A DNA stretch of 64,000 bases, from assembly GCF_009914755.1 (NCBI RefSeq), contig NC_060926.1; one strand, written 5' to 3'. The position numbers and the translations under genes are program-made. The notes below the pieces were generated by a model. It did not search any database. It was given only the letters and a program-made list of their open reading frames with translations, and was not told the origin of the DNA. Position 1 is the stretch's first letter. Every line of letters starts with the position of its first letter. This DNA comes from the human T2T-CHM13v2.0 reference genome, Homo sapiens. Shown here one piece after another: positions 37,595 through 50,700 of this stretch.

Positions 37595-37965
37595 GTTTGT
37601 TTGTTTTTTAATTTTTTATTTCCATAAGTTTTTGTGGAACAGGTAGTATTTGGTTACATGAGTAAGTTCTTTAGTGGTGATTTGTGAGATTTTGGTGCAC
37701 CCATCACCTGAGCAGTATATACGTAACCCAGTTTGTAGTCTTTTATCCCTCACCCCCTCCCCATCCTTTCCCCTCGAGTTCCCAAAGTTCACTGTATCAT
37801 TTTTATGCCTTTGCATCCTCATAGCTTAGCTCCCACTTATGAGTGAGAACATGTGATGTTTGGTTTTCCATTCCTAAGTTACCTCATTTAGAATAATAGT
37901 CTCCAATCCCACCCAGGTTGCTGCAAATGCTGTCGATTCATTCCTTTTATAGCTGAGTATTCCAT

Positions 37966-38017
<52 letters not shown>

Positions 38018-39050
38018 CACACACACACACGATATATATACATTATATATATGAATATTCCATCATTTGTGTGTGTATGTGTTTGTGTGTGTGTGTGTGT
38101 GTATATATCACATATATCACACTTTCTGTATCCACTCGTTGATTGATGGGCATTTGGGTTGGTTCCACATTTTTGCAATTGTGAATTATACTGCTATAAA
38201 CATGAGTGTACAAGTATCTTTTTCCTACAATGACTTCTTTTCTTCTGGGTAGATATCCAGTAGTGGGATTGCTGGATCAAATGGTAGTTCCACTTTTAGT
38301 TCTTTAAGGAATCTTCACACTGTTTTCCACAGTGGTTGTACTAGTTTACTTTCCCATCAGCAGTGTAGAAGTGTTCCCTTTTCACCACATCCATGCTAAC
38401 ATCTATTATTGTTTTATTTTTTGATTATGGCCATTCTTGCGGAAATAAGGTGGTATCACACTTTGGTTTTGATTTGCATTTCTTTTTCATATGTTTGTTG
38501 GCCATTTGAATATCTTCTTTTGAGAATTGTCTATTCATGTTCTTAGCCCACTTTTTGATTGGATTGTTTTTTTCTTGCTTATTTATTTGAGTTCCTTGTA
38601 GATTCTGGATATTAATTATTTGTCAGATGTATAGATTGTAAAGATTTTCTCCCACTCTGTGAGTGGTCTGTTTACACTGCTGACAAAACTTTGCTGTGAA
38701 AAACTCTTTAGTTTAATTAAGTCCCACCTATTTATCTTTGTTTTTGTTGCGTTTGCTTTTGGGTTCTTGGTCATGAAATCTTTGCCTAAGCCAATGTCTA
38801 GAAGGGTTTTTCTGATGTTGTGATCTAGAATTTTTATAGTTTTGGGTCTTAGATTTAAGTCCTTGATCCCATCTTGAGGTGATTTTTGTGTAAGGTGAGA
38901 GATGAGAATCTAGCTTCATTCTCCTACATGTGGCTAGCCAGTTATCCCAGCATTATTTGTTGAATAGGGTGTCCTTTCCCCACTTTATGTTTTTGTTTGC
39001 TTTGTTGAAGATCAGTTAGCTGTAGTATTTGGTTTTATTTCTGGGTTCTT
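37595..39050 (-). mobile_element. L1PB-type LINE 3' end
   Basis: GGTTACATGAGTAAGTTCTTTAGTGGTGATTTGTGAGATTTTGGTGCACCCATCACC; [16 protein letters not shown]2 fragment. Confidence 0.88.
37968..38110. repeat. Compound (TA)n(CA)n...(TG)n microsatellite
   Basis: Direct reading. Confidence 0.9.
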
Positions 39051-40879
39051 TACTAAAAGCAGTTTTATATGAATTTGTAGTGTTGGGACTTCCAGGATAA
39101 GAGAAGAGATTATGATTCTAGATCCTCAACATGAACCAGTTTTCAATTTCTCACTAAAGACATTTTTTCCACCTAGAACCCCAGGCACAGGTAAGCTTTC
39201 TTGCTTTTATCTATTTTAGCTCCTCTTTTGTGATGGTCATAGACACTTTATGGTTTCATCTTTAAACAGGAGTAACTACTAACTCCTGGCTTTGGATAAA
39301 CTCAATTCCATGGCTTCTTTTCCTCAACGAACATGAAATTCCTTGACCCAAGGGACTGCACTCCCCCTCAATTTGCTATAGCAGCAGCCTGCAAGTTTAC
39401 TTCATTAGCTAGAAATTTCCTTTTAAATTCTGTCTCTTCGTGAGTTTACTTTCTTTTCTGGGAGGCTTAGCTATGTGGTTAATATTCTTAATTCATATTT
39501 TTTCTTGCATTTCTATGCATTCACAGTGGGAGGAAGATCCTTGTCAGTTCAGTAGGCAATGTTGCTAGAACAGGAAGTCTCTTCATTATAGTTTGCATAC
39601 ACATTGTGGCATAAACTGAAATGCTTCAGAAATAGCTTGCTTCTTTTTCTGTTTCTCTCATTAGAAAGTTTATAAATTTGGGGGTTCTCAAAATGGAGAT
39701 AGAGGCTAGAAGGTAAGGCCTGTGTTCCTGAAACCTGGGCTAGGTACAGGTCCCCATAATCTTGTGGTTCCAGATTATATTCCTGAGCCAAAAGCAAATC
39801 CTGAAGACTTCACCTTGTGGGTATTTAAGTTAATAAAAGAAAGGCAGCCCTTGTCCTGTTATGAAATTAAAATGAATGACATGAATAGAATAAACCAAGA
39901 TGCAATTACAGTGCTTTGATAGGCAAAGATGGCAGAAGAAAGGCAAACACTTTTATCTTTAAATTCACACTACCTAACATAATAAGTTGTACAACATACA
40001 TAAATCATTGTTATTACCTTGCCATCCAGTGCCCTACATAATCTCCCCGTCATTCTTTATTTTCCAGGCATACATCTCTTGCTATTCATCAAATTGTTAA
40101 GCATGCAAAGAGTAAACTTTGCATTTACTCTTTTCTCTGTCTGGAACACTCTTCTTTGGATATACACCAGGATCCCTCCCTGAGTTTTCTGAGATCTTGC
40201 ATCAAATGTCATCTTATTAGAAATATCATACCCATCTGCCTTCATATGGATACTTTCCTTTTTCTTCTGTTCCATGAATTGTCTTTCTTGACACCAAAAC
40301 CAATATCTCTCCTTTGACCTACTTGGGGTCATCACTCCAATAAGTCATTATTTTCTATGCTGAATTAATGAATTCTTCCAGTCTGCATACAGTCAAGCTA
40401 GTGTTCCCTTATCTGGAAAAAGGAAACAGAAATAAACCCCTCCAGTCCCTTCTTCCGCCTCAAGGAACTAATACATCTCTAACTTCCCCTTAGATCATGA
40501 TCTCTTGAAAGAGTTGTATATACTCGCTAACTGCTAATTTCACCTTCCTTTCTCCTTGGCTCTTACTTGGGCATATTTTTTATTAATATATTTCATTTTC
40601 TTATTTGTTTATTATCTGTCACTCTCCACTCAATGACATTACTAATCTCCAAGAAATCATATGCTTGGAGCTTGGCTCTGTGTCTAGAATAAAGCAAGTG
40701 CTTGTATATATTTCTTGAGTGAATGAGTGACTGAATGCAGACTTTTTTTCCCTATAAGAGTATGACATTTCCTTGAAAGAAATGTCCCATTTTTCTTTGT
40801 TAATAATATAAATTTGGTCGTGTCCTTCTTTCTTTGGTGAGAAATGTAATTTCTATCACACTTTGTCCCCCAGCTCCAC

Positions 40880-42820
40880 CACCAACCTTCAGCCCTTGAA
40901 ACTACACAGAAATCCCTGGTGTCTCTGTGGTCCTCAGGCAAGCTCCCCAGGCCATTATGAATGTGTCTGAAATGCTCCTTGTCAACGTTCAGGGGCACAA
41001 TTTGTAACACATCACTCTGATGTTCCTGGCACCCAAGAATCCTCACGGTGTTGGACTGCTTCACATGGTCTCCGCCCTCCTAAGACCTCTAACCCTTTAC
41101 CCCATTTTTCCCCCATGGTAATTCTTATTCCCATCTTCCTATTTGACTGGAAGTGTTGTTGTAATTGGAAAAGAACTTCCACTGACACCAAACAGTGCAC
41201 CTCCCTGCTTACCTACACCTTGCCCACGTACTCTGGCTTGGCTCTTGTTACAATGAGTGAGAGCTACTTCTGCTTCTCACCAAGGCCAAGGCCAGTAATG
41301 CCACCCGTGCCCTGAATCTTATTACCTCTCTTCTGCTTGAGGGCAGGACTCCGTAGGTTCTTCCCTTTCTCTCTGGCATCATCAGTTTTTTCCCTCTATA
41401 GAATCATCCCCCGATGACATACACACAGGTTGCTATTCTCCCATCCAAAACCAACCAAACAAAATACATAAATAAAAACTAAGCCCTCTGACTCCATTTC
41501 TTCCTGAAGGTGCCATGCTGTTTCTTATATGTCTATTCTTCCTATAGAGTATAATTTAAAAGATATCTACACCTGCCGTCTTCAACCTATTAAAAGAAGA
41601 TTTCCTCATCTATATCTCACACAAATTGCTTTTTTGTCAAGGTCACAGTGCCCTCCATCTTGCTATATCTGAAGGTGATTTTGCCACTCTCATTTGAGGT
41701 GTCAGTAGCATTTGACAATTTATCAATCTCTCTTCCTTAAAAAACATTTTCACTTGGTTTTCAGGACACCACATTCACCTGTTTTTCCCTCCTTCCCTCC
41801 AGGCTCCCGTTTTGTTTTTGTTTTGTTTTGATTCATTTAGTCTGTTTTGTTATTTTTCTTTCTCCCAATCGTTAAACTGAGCTCTGGCGTTCAGTCCTTG
41901 AATATTTTCTTTTTCCTAGATACACACATTCCACAGGCTGTCACATCCAGTCTCGTGTTATTAAATGGTGCTTTTATACTGACGACTTCCAAATTTATGT
42001 ATTTAACCTGGACTGCTTCCTTGACCTGTACACTGGCCACCTTCACTGAGATGACAAATAAACATCTCAAACTTAACATGTACTTCATGCAACCTAATGT
42101 GCCCCAATCCACCAAAGCCAGCTCCTCTAAAAGCATTTCTGTCTCAGTAAAACTTGATTTCTACTCAGTTGCTATTCAAAAGAAAATCCTATTGAGTCCA
42201 TATTCAAAACACATCTAGAACTTGACCATTTCTCTATTATACCTGCTGCCCCACCTTGGTCAAAGTCCCAATTACCTCTGCCATGGATACTTGCAATAGC
42301 TAGCAAACTGGTCTCCCTGGTTCAACTCCTGCCCCTCTTCAGCCAGTTCTTCCTACAACAGACAGCATTACCTGATAAAACTGTGAGTCAGATTATCTTA
42401 ACGTTTTTCCTCTTCAACCAGATTTTTTAAAAGATTAAGGGGACCCACGTGGTTCAGCCATCAATTACTCCTCTGACATAAGTCCCTGTGCCCCTCGTGT
42501 CTCACTCCACTGGAGTCACTCTCATCCCCATGAGGCTTTTCTACCATGCCAGGCACAATCTTCATTGAGGGCTTTTGCACCAACTATTCCTACTGCCTGG
42601 AACGCCTGCCCTCCATCTCTAATTTCACAGTGCCAGTTCCCTCACTTTTCTTAGGTCTTTATTTTCCTTAGTGAGACCTCTTTCATACAGCTTAAAATTT
42701 TATACTTCATCATCATTTTATGACCCATTTCTCTCCTTTTCTCTTTTTTCCTTATCAGTATTACTATCTAATGTATTCTATATTCTAGTTATTCATATTC
42801 TATTCCTAACCAGTATGTAA
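40880..42820 (+). mobile_element. Long L2 LINE relic
   Basis: CAGTAGCATTTGACA, TCACTTGGTTTTCAGGACACCACA, AAACATCTCAAACTTAACATG, GCAAACTGGTCTCCCTG. Confidence 0.7.
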
Positions 42821-42828
42821 GATATAGT

Positions 42829-43190
42829 TGTTTTAGTCTGTTCAGGCTGCTATACCAAAAATACCACAAACTGGCTCTCTTAAAAATGACGAAAATTTAT
42901 TTCCTACAGTTCTGGAGACTGAGAAATACAAGATCATGATGCCAGCAGACTCTGTGCCTGGTGAGGTCCCACTTCCTTATAGATGGCACTTTCTCACTGT
43001 CTCCTCACAGGGAAGGGTGAGCTAGCTCTCTGGGGTCTCTTTTAGAAGGGCATTACTTCCAGTCATGAGAGCTCCACCCTCATGTCCTACTGACCCCACA
43101 GAAGGCCCCAGCTCCTAGTACCGTTACCTCAGGGCTTAGGATTTCAGTGTATAAAATTTGGAGGTCGGGGGGAGCAAACCTATACCAACA
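42829..43190 (-). mobile_element. MLT1A-like MaLR LTR
   Basis: TTAGTCTGTTCAGGCTGCTATA...ACAGTTCTGGAGACTGAGAA...GCTCTCTGGGGTCTCTTT. Confidence 0.75.
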
Positions 43191-44819
43191 ATACATGTAA
43201 ATTCTACTATATTGCCTGACATAGAGTAAGTGCTCAATAAGTTAATAGATTGCTCCCCGCAGATGAAAGCTTTTGCCAGCGCTGGGCAGCTGCTTGGGAG
43301 CGAAGCATAGCTCTCCCACGGGGAGAGAAACCCATCCCTCTCTCTCATCCTTGTCAGGGGAAACCTAACTCTTTCTCAGGTTAGGTCATGCCTTTCCTCC
43401 CTTTTCTAGTCTCCTTTAGTGTCCAACTCACAACATCCGTTCAGAGGGACTAGAAACCCCTGTTTTTCTCCCTAACCATACGCAAACACACAGATGCAAT
43501 GCAGGTAAATATTACCTGAGCCACAAGAGCCAAGACCAAAATCATTTAACTTCTGGTGATAAAGGAGGAAAAACAATTCTGTGTGATAAATTTATCTGGA
43601 CCATATATTTACACCAGATTTAGGTTGCTGGAACACAGTGCCTGCATATATTTTATTTTGTTCATTTTTGCCAGATTGCTTATCAGAATGGTTTCAGTTT
43701 ACATTTCCTCCAGCAATGTATGAGAGTTCCTTTTTCCATACATTCTCAGCCAGATTTTTACCATTTCATTGGGAGCCAACTTAACTTGTATTACTGTAGA
43801 TCTTGTGCATCTCTTCACACACTGGTTGGATATCAGGACAATCCTATTATTGAATTACTTATTCAACTCATTTTCTTATTCTCCAATTGGGATGCTTATC
43901 GTTTTCCTATTGGTCTGTATAAATATTTTGTAAAGCTAGATATTTTCTACTAGTCTCTTATTTTTCTATAATATTTGTCTATGTATTTCTTTAGCAGAAA
44001 TATATAATGTATAGTGAAATACACATATTTTTGCTCTTTTTCTTTTTAATGTAGGGACACTGTTTAAGAAAGTTCCATTTTGCAAAAATATTTTCCTTCC
44101 TGTTACTGTGTCAACAGCGTGGTTTGACCTTTCAACTGTGGTTTTATCCATGTGAGGTCCATCTTTCCCTGTGTCTAATGTAGAAGCCCAAATCTATTAT
44201 CCTCTATTTAGTAAGTATGTCTCACCAATATTATCTGATGAAACAGATCTGTTCCTTTTTGTTTATCTATGATGCTATCTTTGTCATATGTCAAGTTCCC
44301 AAATAAATACGCTGATTTTCTGAGCTGCTCCTTGGCCCAGCATTGAAATGTTTTTAATTCTGTGATTTGGACCATGTCAATCTAACATAGAAAATCAACA
44401 GTCCTTGATTTTTTGTTTGTTTCAAAATGAGCTTAGGTATTCTTGGACATTTGTTCTTCTAGGAAATTCTGGAAGGAGCTCATTGCATTCTTCAAAAAGT
44501 CCAGTTGGAATTATAATTATGATTTTATTGAATCTATTTGTAGAATAATTTAGGTAGATTGATGCATTTCCACTTTTTTTAAAAATCTGTGAACATAGTA
44601 CATTTCTGTTTATCCTGATCTTCTTTTAATTTCTTTGATATAGATTTAAAATTTAGAGAACTTTCTGGAGACTTGATTTTATGATTCCTAGAAATGATTC
44701 CTACCTTCTAAGTTGATCATTCCAGTCAGTGAAAAGGCAAAAGGAATACCAGAAGTAAAATTTTTCCTGAGCACTATTGGCTTAGAGTTGTGCTGCATGC
44801 CAAGTGGTTAGGAGCTAGC

Positions 44820-45050
44820 ACAGTAATTGAGAAAAAGGGCTCTGAGGTCAGAGCATCTGCGTTTGACTCCTGGCTCTACTCCTTACTAGTTTGGGCAACA
44901 AAGTAACCTCAGTTTCCTCATATGTAAAAATAATACAATAATATTGGCTAGCTCACAAATTTGTTGTGAGGATTAAAAGGCAGAATGAATGTAAAGTGCT
45001 TGGTACAATGCTTGGATTATGGCAAACATTCAAAAAATCTTAGCTACTAA
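44820..45050 (+). mobile_element. MIR SINE
   Basis: CCTGGCTCTACTCCTTACTAG...CCTCAGTTTCCTCATATGTAAAA...TTGTTGTGAGGATTAAA. Confidence 0.75.
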
Positions 45051-45141
45051 AAACAGTGAGCATATCAAGCCACAAGTGTCAAGGCACTGACCTGTAGCCT
45101 TAATCATAGTAAGTACCTCTCCTTTTAGAAATCAAATCCAG

Positions 45142-45474
45142 GGCCGGGCACAGTGGCTCACGCCTGTAATCCCAGCACTTTGGGAGGCCGAGGCGGGCGG
45201 ATCACCTGAGGTCAGGAGTTAACAACCATCCTGGCCAACATGGTGAAACCCCGTCTCTACTAAAAAAAATAAAAAATTAGCTGGGTGTGGTGGTGCACGC
45301 CTGTAATCCCAGCTACTCGGGAGGCTGAGGCACTTGAACCTGGGAATCACTTGAACCTGGAGGCGGAGGTTGCAGTGAGCCGAGATCATGCCACTGCACT
45401 CCAGCCTGGGCAATAGAACGAGACTCTGTCTCAAAAAAAAAAAAAAAAAGAAAGAAAGAAAAGAAAAGAAAAAA
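45142..45474 (+). mobile_element. AluSx-like SINE
   Basis: Full Alu; TSD AGAAATCAAA(T/C)CCAG; A/GAAA tail. Confidence 0.92.
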
Positions 45475-45696
45475 GAAATCAAACCCAGGCATATCACACT
45501 GCCTAAGGGGCTCACCTTCCACCTTATACAAAGAAAAGGGGCACTTGTCTCCATTAACTAATTGTTGATGCCAACAAATATTGTGTCACCCTTAAGCAGG
45601 TATTTACATTTATTTATTACCATAAGGGTATATTGTTATTTTATATTTTTCCTAGTCAGATGCCTGATGTTAGTATCTATTTAAAAGGAAAGGCAT

Positions 45697-46002
<306 letters not shown>

Positions 46003-47339
46003 CTAATTTATTTTCCTTGTCCTAGACTTCTGAGTCTAACTCAGATTTACAAAGGCTTAAATCAAGCAGAATGTACTGAAGTTCTCTGATGCTTCTTAGG
46101 AGTTATCAACATTTCCCAGCTCATGCTAATTTATATATCTACAATTCCTTATGATATACAAAATATATACATCTATTTACTTATCGTGTTCCCCAAGATG
46201 GATTTTTTTATGCGGATGTTTCATTACATGGATAAATGAACTAAATTTCAGAGAACTTAAGTAACTTGGCCAAGGTTAAGTGAATAGCAGTGTCAGAATT
46301 AAGCCCGGAATTCTGCTTTCCTCACTTTTAATATTATGAACTTTCCATTTTCTCTTCGGTGTTAAGGAGAAGCATTCAGTACAAATCTTCAGGACTCTAA
46401 ACACTTAAAAAGGTCCTTCCTGAAATGAGAACTGACAGTGAATTCTAGGGTCAATCTGAAATGTGATTTTTAGAAAAAGATCCCAGAGAAATTCAGTTAA
46501 CTGATAGGGACATGCCATCCCTAACTTGGGCCATATCCACCAAATCTATTTTTAAAGATTGACTTTTAGTATGCCAAACATTCTATACCACTGAGCTCTA
46601 TTACACAGATTTCTAGTCTAATTGGTTTGTATGACAAGAGATTGTGATTTAACTCTCTCATATATTTGGAAGGAAAGCTTTTCCTCTCTTCCTTTTATGA
46701 TTAAGCTGCAAATCTCACAAAACCAGCCAAGCCTGAAAATCCAGGAGCTTATTCTTGAACTCCATGGCTCAATAAAGATGCACATCCTAGAGTTATTTCT
46801 GAGACCCCTTACAAATATGTCTTGGGTTTGTTGAAGTTTGACACAAGAGGGCATTCAGCAGCATGCCAAAATGATATTGTTTGGATCCTTTATTATAATA
46901 TATATTTTTTTTCTTTTTAAGTCAGACCACACAAAGAATCACTCAGCTAGAGCAAAAGCTCTTCAGCAGGTTTCAGAACTGCTTAGGAAATTGCCAGAGT
47001 GGACACATCCGTATGAGAGCCACAGTCACAGCAAATGCCACAGGGTGTGTTCGACGAGCATGATGAACACCTGCCTTTTCCCCAGATGCTCAGATGGCGG
47101 CGTGGCTCTGGGCTGTGTTTTCTGAAGTTCTAATGCAACCCTCCCAAGGCCTGATGAACCTGTTAACTGGATCAGGTTTTGGTGGGTCCTTTCATGAATG
47201 AGGCAGAGGCACCAGCTCTGTGAATTGGAGGTGGCTTCCTTGCTTCCAAAGTCAATATGCAGAGTGTCCTGATAGCATGGGAGCATCTCAAGCGTAGCCA
47301 GCAGAGTAGACGCTTCATTTTTCAGCCCTTGCTAGAAGG

Positions 47340-47626
47340 CAGAGAAAGAGGAAGTTTCTTCAGTGCTTAGCAGTCTGCTCCTCCCACTGATGAATTTTTA
47401 ATCACACATTTTCCTCCCTTAAGTTAAAATTGATAAAATCTCTATACATGTGTCTTGTTTGACAATTGATAATAACATTGAAAAATAACAATATTGTTGA
47501 CTATACAAGGCAATTTCTTCAAATTGAGTAATGATGTGATGTGTGTGGTTAACTGTCTCTACCCAGGAAGTGGTTTTATTTAAAAGTTTTGTGCTCACCC
47601 CACCCCCCGCCTTTTTCTTCCCCCAG
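47340..47626 (+). promoter_or_regulatory. ARHGAP15: CpG-poor haematopoietic-type promoter (PU.1, RUNX, ETS, CACCC/GC box)
   Basis: AAAGAGGAAGT 47345-47355; TGTGGTT 47544-47550; CAGGAAGTGGTT 47564-47575; CCCCACCCCCCGCC 47597-47611; directly upstream of an exon with a consensus donor. Confidence 0.65.
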
Positions 47627-47761
47627 TACTGAAATTAAGCAGCATCCAACACAGGCCTACTCTTACGACATGTGACTTTACTGTTTTCCGTTTTTGTTGA
47701 AAGAGTCATTAACAGTTAGGAGTTGATGGCAGTTTCAATAACAGGTCATTGCCGAGAAAAG
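47627..47761 (+). other. ARHGAP15: Non-coding 5' exon, probably ARHGAP15 exon 1
   Basis: Unique sequence ending in AAG|GTAAGT. Recalled as the ARHGAP15 5'UTR, and a large NUMT is recalled ~40 kb upstream of that gene; not database-verified here. Confidence 0.72.
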
Positions 47762-50700
47762 GTAAGTTTTAACTTTATATTGTACATGAAATTTAAACTT
47801 GAACATGTTCGGCAGAGTTTCCTACATTTTGCTGTGAACATATAAACATTTCTACAAAATATGACGCTTTTACCTGTGATTAAAACATTGGCTGGTTTCC
47901 TTTGATGTAGAAAAGAATGTTCTTTTCATATTTGCAGCTGTCAAATTCCAATGTCTTTTACTAAAATGTTATAATAATAAGATGATTTGCTAAGATTTTG
48001 TACTAAAATGTTAAAGACAGAATAAGTTATAAAGTTTTAGTTTGAAGTGCATTTAAAAATAACTACTAGAAATAATGTGAGACTTTGCACCTTTAACCAA
48101 CTGTTTTATAAAAATATGTATTGTTCAACATCCAGATAAGGAAAGAGAAAAGGGTATAACAATGAGAAATAGCTTGAATTTCAGTGTGAAAGATACTCAC
48201 TTTAAAGCATTGTATTAATGTTAGCACTAAAAACCCTTAAAAAGGTTACTATGTAGCTAATTAAAAAGCAAGGAGCTTTTAAAATGTAAAGGAATACTGT
48301 CTATCATGACACTTGAAATTTTTTTTCTAAATTTCATTTAAGATATAGGGTGAAATGAGTGTAAGTTTCTAATTCATAAGCAAACTTTTATATTTAAAAA
48401 AGAAGTCACAGCTGATTTCATTGAAGGTTACTCTGAGAGGAGAGGCAAATTAGAGGTATACTTTTGTTATTTATGTAATTATATAATTTTCCTTCTTTGA
48501 AATATTCCAAAATAATAAACCTTAGAAATGAAAAGGATTTGTTAGTCCTAAACTGACATGTAATTTTCTTTTATATTGACTTCTTGCTTTTACAGAATGT
48601 CTTTGTGTGCTGTAACATATGTGCAGAAAACATCAAAATATTGCTAATCTCAGAGACAAATACCTAAAATAAATCTGACTGTAGATTTTTGAAAGAATTT
48701 TAATAACAGCCCAAGATATGATCCATTCTTCCCTAATATTATTTTTATTGTGCTGCTGGATGGGAGAAGTGATGGCCCCCACAACACCTATTTTTTGTGT
48801 TATTAAAAAATGGTTACAGGGTTGATAAGTGGCAACAATTTTCTTTTCTTTTATTGTCTTCTATTGAAAGACACACATAAATGTTTTTTGACATGGTCAA
48901 TTTAGTAGGAAATTATTAGGCATAGTAGTACACTCCATTTTAAGACCTCTTCAATTGTCAATACTGAAGCTAGCTACTTGTTGACTATTAAAATGATCAC
49001 AGAAAAATAGAGATTAGGACTTGGTGTTCAATACATTTTTTATTGTTAGCATGTAAGAAGACCCTGGTAATATATATTTGCTTTGATATTGTGATTAGAT
49101 TTTCAATTTGTTGCATTTCCTCACAATGGAAAGCATTATTTAAATCTGTCTTCAATATCGTGGTTCTGAACCTCTGCATCTATAGAAGCTGTATAATTCT
49201 GATAATTTTGGTTGATATGTTATTACTTTCTTTCATTTTATTATAAAAGAATATCAAATGAATAAACACATGCAATACTTACACTTTAGCAAGAATGAAT
49301 ATGCAGATAAACATCTGGCATTGAGGAAAAGTCCATGAAAATTTTTTAAATTGTTTAATGCTTTTAAAAAAGAAATTCACTGTAAAAATGAGTGTTTCTT
49401 GCAGAAACTGTTAAATTAAAATACACATATTTTATGGAATATGTGTAAAATTAAGAATGAATTGAAGAGAGCTTGATATGAATTTAGAAAGATCAATGAG
49501 TAAAGATGATAGGTAAATTAAAATACCTTCAGAATTGTTTGTAAAGAGCAGTAAGGTACAAACCAAATTTTAAGACAGTTAATTGCAAATAAGTTACTAT
49601 AGAATTCTATTACTTTATATGTTTTAAGTGGATGAGTCAGAAACAAGTTTTGATGAAATGAAAATAATACGGAAGATTTTATTTGGAAAGTCATATTAAA
49701 GCTAATTTGCTCAAAGAATGTCGTGCTTTTCCACTTAGGGCCAGCATTCAGTAAGATTCAGAAAGGAGAAACTCTTTCCTTGATATTCCTCCTGTTGCTC
49801 CTTTTTATTATTCTCTTCTGGAGCGGCCTGCTCTGCTCCTAATTTAGAGTCCCATAGACTTGGTACCTAGAAAGATAGACCCTTCCATTCACTGGCTCCT
49901 TCCATTCAACTGAACTTTTAAAATGTACTCATCCCATTTTCCAGCACTTAGGGAATCTAATAAAAATAATCCACGCTTATAGGAGAAGGCTACAGAGCTT
50001 TGACTTCCTAGCCAGGCCTCCCTTTCTCCCCCCAGTGGAATTTTAATATGTTTCCTCAGCAGACAGGGCCCAAAGGATTAGCTAAATGTTGGATCTCAAG
50101 TGAGGAGACTGATGCCATGGTAAATGGTTGGGGGAAGACTTTAGAGGGAGAGTGTTTTGTTAACCATTGGTCCTGCCTGTGGCATTTAAACACAGAATTT
50201 CTGGAAGTGTCTCATATGAAGGATCCATCCCAGTGATGTATCCATTTCTTTAAGATAGTCCTGAAGAAATAAACACCTTTCTTGCAGCAGGTAAAAAAAA
50301 AAAAATATTGCACTACATTTTCAGGCAATTTTGATATTCCCATACACTTAGAAATTATTTAACATAATTAGTTTTTAATAGATGTATTTTAAAAGTCATT
50401 GAACACTCTGAATTTAATTCTTTGGATACTAAAAGCATATTTTTTACACTGTACAATAAATGCTACATAATTAGACTTTAAAATGCCCTTGTAAGTATTC
50501 TAAATTTGAGCTTAGAGTGTGCAAAACTTCTTTGTTGGCAAACGATAGAAAATGAGTTCAAACTAGCCTAGGCAAAAGAGATATTCTTTTATGTGTGAAA
50601 AGTCTAAGGATAGCAAAGTCAGGAATGGCTGGATCCAGGAGCTCACACAGGATTATCAGGAGTAGGTCTCATTTTTTTCATTCCTCAGCTCTTCTTTTCA

